From: Nitrospirota bacterium
GTDB lineage: Bacteria > Nitrospirota > JACRHL01
Direction: 5' to 3'
DNA length: 64,000 nucleotides
Assembly: GCA_016212085.1 (NCBI GenBank)
Contig: JACRHL010000011.1
Location: 64,161-128,160 of the forward strand
Within the stretch, counting starts at the first letter, position 1, and every line of letters begins with the position of its first letter. This document shows positions 60,735-64,000 of this stretch, piece by piece. Made by a program: the position numbers and the translations under genes. Under the pieces are notes generated by a model, which had not been told where the DNA came from, ran no database searches, and saw nothing but the letters and a program-made list of their open reading frames with translations.

Positions 60735-61451
60735 ATGCTCAACACCAAAGAGATGATCCTGCTCGTCGCCGGCACCGCCGGTGGCGTGCTGAGCGGCATT
60801 CCGGTTCCCCAGTCCATCATCCAGGGTGCCAGCCTGGGCTTCCTGATCGCCCTGGGTATCATCCTTGGCCAGCGCGAGATCGACCGGCGCGGCCTCCACG
60901 GGCGCGGCGCCAAGGTGCGCGCCAAGTGGCTGACCCTCACCGGCGCCGCCTGGGGCGCGGTGATCGGGGCGCTCACCGCCGCAGGGCCGCTGGCCTTCGA
61001 GTACGGCGTGTACAGCCAGGCCTTCGGCTTCCACTACCCCCGCACCAACACCTTCGGGCAGACCATCCACGGCGTGCTGCCCGGCACCATCACGGGGATC
61101 TGCGTGGCGGTGGCCATGGGCCTCGCCTTCACCATGGTGAAGGAGGAGGAGAAGATGTGGTTCATGATCCCGTTCGCCATCCCCCTCGGCTGGTGGACCG
61201 GGGCCGAGTCGCTGGCGGTGGGCCAGTCGCTGGGGCACCTGAACTGGGACTACATGGGCCCCGCCCAGGTGCAGGGCATGCGCTTCGGCATCCCCTGGAT
61301 GGAGTGCATGATCATCTTCCGCTGGGCCTACCTGGCCGCCACCGGCGACCTGAGGCGCATGCGCGCCGCCATCAAGGCCGCGGACGACGCCAAGTGGGCG
61401 GCCGCCGAGTCCGCCCCGGCCGCCCAGGCCGGATCGTCCCGGTCTTCGTGA
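60735..61451 (+). CDS. Hypothetical integral membrane protein
   Basis: 238 aa from MLNTKEMILLVAGTAGGVL with about 5 hydrophobic segments and GC-rich third positions. Confidence 0.55.
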   Translation: MLNTKEMILLVAGTAGGVLSGIPVPQSIIQGASLGFLIALGIILGQREIDRRGLHGRGAKVRAKWLTLTGAAWGAVIGALTAAGPLAFEYGVYSQAFGFHYPRTNTFGQTIHGVLPGTITGICVAVAMGLAFTMVKEEEKMWFMIPFAIPLGWWTGAESLAVGQSLGHLNWDYMGPAQVQGMRFGIPWMECMIIFRWAYLAATGDLRRMRAAIKAADDAKWAAAESAPAAQAGSSRSS

Positions 61452-61465
61452 CGGGGGGGGTGCCC

Positions 61466-62170
61466 ATGTACCGCCGTCTCGCGGCGCCGCTGCGCGCGCT
61501 GCTGGTGGGGGCCCTGTGCGCCTCCCTGTCCGTCGCCATCCTGGGCGCCGGAGGCTGCCGCGAGGAGACGCCGGCCATGAAGAAGGCCAACCTGGGGCGC
61601 GCCCTCACGGAACGCGGCGCGCTGGACAAGGCCATCGCCACCCTGAACGAGGCCGTCCGCCTGGACCCGGAGCTGGTCATGTCCTACGAGCTGCTGGGCC
61701 AGGCCTACGAGGCCGCCGGCCGCCATGCCGATGCCATCGGCGCCTACCGCGAGACCGTGCGGCGCGATCCGGTGCGCGACACGGCCTATGTGTCGCTGGG
61801 CTGCCTGCTGCTGTCCACCGGCGGCGGCACCGACGAGGCGGAGGCGGCGCTCGCCCGCGCCCTCGAGATCAACCAGACCAACGCCGGCGCCCACGCCTGC
61901 CTGGGGGCCGCCTATCTGGACCGGCGCGATTTCGCCCGCGCCATCGCCTCCAGCGAGACCGCCGTGTCGTTCAACCCGCAAAGCGTGCAGGCGCATCTCA
62001 ACCTGGGCATCGCGTATACTGAAACCGGCCAGTACGACAGGGCCCGCGCCGAGGTGGAAAAGGTCATCCGGTTCGCCGCCGGCAACGAGGCGGTGATCGG
62101 CCAGGCCAGGATGTTGCTGGAAACCCTCGACCACCCGGTGGTGGAAGGGGGGCCGGGCGGCCGCACTTAG
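61466..62170 (+). CDS. TPR-repeat lipoprotein
   Basis: 234 aa with a signal/lipobox LGAGGC and 4-5 TPR repeats (LGQAYEAAGRHADAIGAYRETV...). Confidence 0.65.
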   Translation: MYRRLAAPLRALLVGALCASLSVAILGAGGCREETPAMKKANLGRALTERGALDKAIATLNEAVRLDPELVMSYELLGQAYEAAGRHADAIGAYRETVRRDPVRDTAYVSLGCLLLSTGGGTDEAEAALARALEINQTNAGAHACLGAAYLDRRDFARAIASSETAVSFNPQSVQAHLNLGIAYTETGQYDRARAEVEKVIRFAAGNEAVIGQARMLLETLDHPVVEGGPGGRT

Positions 62171-62212
62171 GGCCCCTTCCCTTTGCGCCCGGCCGGTCCG
62201 GGTGTGGATCCC

Positions 62213-63715
62213 ATGAAGACCGAAATCGACGAGCTGCGGCGGTATTTGCAGACCATCACCGCCCTGGAGCAGGCGGCCTTCGTCCTCATGTGGGACCAGG
62301 CCACCTACATGCCGGCGGCGGGGGGGCACGCGCGCGGCGCGCAACTGGCAGCCATCAAGCAGGAGGCCCACCAGCGCGCCACGTCTCCGGCCCTGGGGCG
62401 GTTGCTCGACACGCTGGACGCCGCCCCCGGGCTGGACGCGGAGAACGCCGCCATGGTGCGCGTGGCCCGGCGCGACTACGAGATCCGCCGCCAAGTGCCC
62501 GCCGCCCTGGTGCGGCGCATCGCCCGCGCCCACGTGGCCAGCCACATGGCATGGGAGGCGGCGCGCGCCGCCAACGACTTCGCCGTGGCCACCAAGGCGC
62601 TGGAGAAGAACCTGGAACTGAGCCGGGCCTACGCCGCCTGCTTCCCCGGCGCCGCCCACGTGGCCGATCCGCTCATCGACATCTCCGATCCGGGCCAGAC
62701 GGTGGCCCAGGTGGGCCCCATGTTCGAGGGGCTGCGCAAGGAGCTGGTGCCCCTGGTGCGCGCCGTGCAGGCGGCGGACGCGCCGCGCGCGGTGCCGCGC
62801 GGCCGTTACCCGCAGGCGGACCAGATCGCCTTCAGCCGCCAGGTGGCCACGGCCATCGGTTACGACTTCGGGCGCGGCCGGCTGGATCTTTCGACCCACC
62901 CGTTCACCGTGGCCGTGTCCGCCGACGACGTGCGCATCACCACCCGCGTGCGCGAGGACGACTTTTCCGAATGCCTGTTCTCCACCGTGCACGAGGCCGG
63001 CCACGGCATCTATGAGCAGGGCATCGACCGGGCCTTTGCCGGCACGCCGGTGGCGGAGGGGGCGTCGGCGGGGCTGCACGAGTCCCAGTCGCGCCTGTGG
63101 GAGAACCTGGTGGCGCGCAGCCGCCCGTTCTGGGAGCATTTCTACCCGCGCTTGCAGGCCACGTTCCCGGAGCCCCTGGCGGGCCTGGAGCTGGACGGCT
63201 TCTTGCGGGCCATCAACCGGGTACGGCCGTCCCTCATCCGCACCGACGCGGACGAGGTGACCTACAACCTGCACGTGATGATGCGCTTCGACCTGGAGCT
63301 GGAGCTGTTGTCCGGCGCCCTGGCCGTGCGCGACCTGCCGGAAGCCTGGGTCGCTCGCATGGAGGCGGACCTGGGGGTGACACCACCGGACCACAACCTG
63401 GGGGCCTTGCAGGACCTGCACTGGTTCGACGGCCATGTGGGTGGCGCCTTCCAGGGCTACACCCTGGGCAACGTCTACAGCGCCCAACTGTTCGAGGCCG
63501 CCTGCCGCGCCCACCCGGACATCGTGCCCCACATGGCCCAGGGCCGGTTCGACACCCTGCGCGGCTGGCTGACGGCCAACGTCCACCGTTTCGGCCGGGC
63601 CAAGACCGCCGCCCAGGTCATCGCCGATGCCACCGGCGGCGCGCCGGACAGCGCCCCCTACGTGGCCTATCTGAAGCGCAAGTACGGCGCCATGTACGGC
63701 CTGCCGGTGGCGTGA
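62213..63715 (+). CDS. M32-family carboxypeptidase (Taq-type metallocarboxypeptidase)
   Basis: 500 aa with the HEAGH zinc motif (STVHEAGHGIYEQ) and the HESQSRLWEN motif. Confidence 0.8.
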   Translation: MKTEIDELRRYLQTITALEQAAFVLMWDQATYMPAAGGHARGAQLAAIKQEAHQRATSPALGRLLDTLDAAPGLDAENAAMVRVARRDYEIRRQVPAALVRRIARAHVASHMAWEAARAANDFAVATKALEKNLELSRAYAACFPGAAHVADPLIDISDPGQTVAQVGPMFEGLRKELVPLVRAVQAADAPRAVPRGRYPQADQIAFSRQVATAIGYDFGRGRLDLSTHPFTVAVSADDVRITTRVREDDFSECLFSTVHEAGHGIYEQGIDRAFAGTPVAEGASAGLHESQSRLWENLVARSRPFWEHFYPRLQATFPEPLAGLELDGFLRAINRVRPSLIRTDADEVTYNLHVMMRFDLELELLSGALAVRDLPEAWVARMEADLGVTPPDHNLGALQDLHWFDGHVGGAFQGYTLGNVYSAQLFEAACRAHPDIVPHMAQGRFDTLRGWLTANVHRFGRAKTAAQVIADATGGAPDSAPYVAYLKRKYGAMYGLPVA

Positions 63716-63799
63716 TGCCACGGCGCTTGCCGCGTCCGCCCGGCAGCGGGCACAATCGAAACGTAATTACCAACCCGTGACCATGGGGAGTCCCGAATA

Positions 63800-64000
63800 T
63801 TGGACCGCAAGGCCAAGATCATCTGTACCATCGGCCCCGCCACCCACACCGAGGAGGCCATCGCCCAACTGATCGACGCGGGCATGGACGTGGCGCGCCT
63901 GAACTTTTCCCACGGCAGCCACCAGAGCCACCTGGAGGCCATGCGCCTAGTGCGCGCCGTGTCCGAGCGCAAGGGCAAAACGGTGGCCGTCCTTCAGGAC
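63800..64000 (+). CDS. pyk: Pyruvate kinase, 5' partial (N-terminal 67 aa; probable TTG start)
   Basis: LDRKAKIICTIGPATHTEEAIAQLIDAGMDVARLNFSHGSHQSH... is the canonical PK N-terminus. It runs off the window end. Confidence 0.6.
   Translation, partial: MDRKAKIICTIGPATHTEEAIAQLIDAGMDVARLNFSHGSHQSHLEAMRLVRAVSERKGKTVAVLQD

Overview
The window is a high-GC (about 70%), gene-dense chromosomal segment from a Gram-negative bacterium. All calls are from reading the sequence and the supplied ORF track; no searches were run.

- **Spurious ORFs.** Most long ORFs in the six-frame track are off-frame Arg/Gly/Pro-rich artefacts of the high GC content and were discarded.
- **nif cofactor-assembly operon (1-8830, minus strand).** One long sigma54-driven operon: nifE-nifN-nifW-like-nifB-iscA(nif)-LRV FeS protein-nifS-nifT-DegT aminotransferase-partial ORF. 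nifHDK are not in the window.
- **Divergent sigma54 gene (9145-10173).** A Cache/PAS-like plus 4-TM protein is transcribed away from nifE from its own sigma54 promoter.
- **Redox gene block (10187-17439).** An orphan SagB-type tandem nitroreductase-fold dehydrogenase, korAB (2-oxoacid:ferredoxin oxidoreductase), 7Fe ferredoxin fdxA, and a duplicated ferritin-like diiron / Rieske / membrane-anchored ferritin-like cluster.
- **Miscellaneous (17806-28465).** fumC, an M20 peptidase plus GNAT operon, a secreted collagen-like (Gly-X-Y) repeat protein, and GT4/GT2 genes flanking mutM.
- **Lipid A operon (28613-39163).** bamA-skp-lpxD-fabZ-lpxA-lpxB-msbA-waaA-lpxK.
- **Glycosyltransferase/methyltransferase island (39160-47828).**
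- **RND efflux pair (47863-52252).**
- **Reductive-TCA-like block (52407-60505).** SucC-like and SucD-like citryl-CoA synthetase subunits (ccsA/ccsB), monomeric icd, a small citryl-CoA lyase (ccl) and aconitase. Together with korAB and fdxA this suggests citrate cleavage by the two-enzyme CCS/CCL route.
- **End of window (60735-64000).** A membrane protein, a TPR lipoprotein, an M32 carboxypeptidase and a partial pyruvate kinase.
- **Most interesting.** A roughly 45-bp intergenic repeat present in three copies, one embedded in a 144-bp element with 15-bp terminal inverted repeats; and a homologous 4-TM membrane module fused to two unrelated soluble domains.
- **Coordinate caveat.** Feature boundaries located by counting along the printed sequence may be off by 1 nt; CDS coordinates follow the supplied ORF track.
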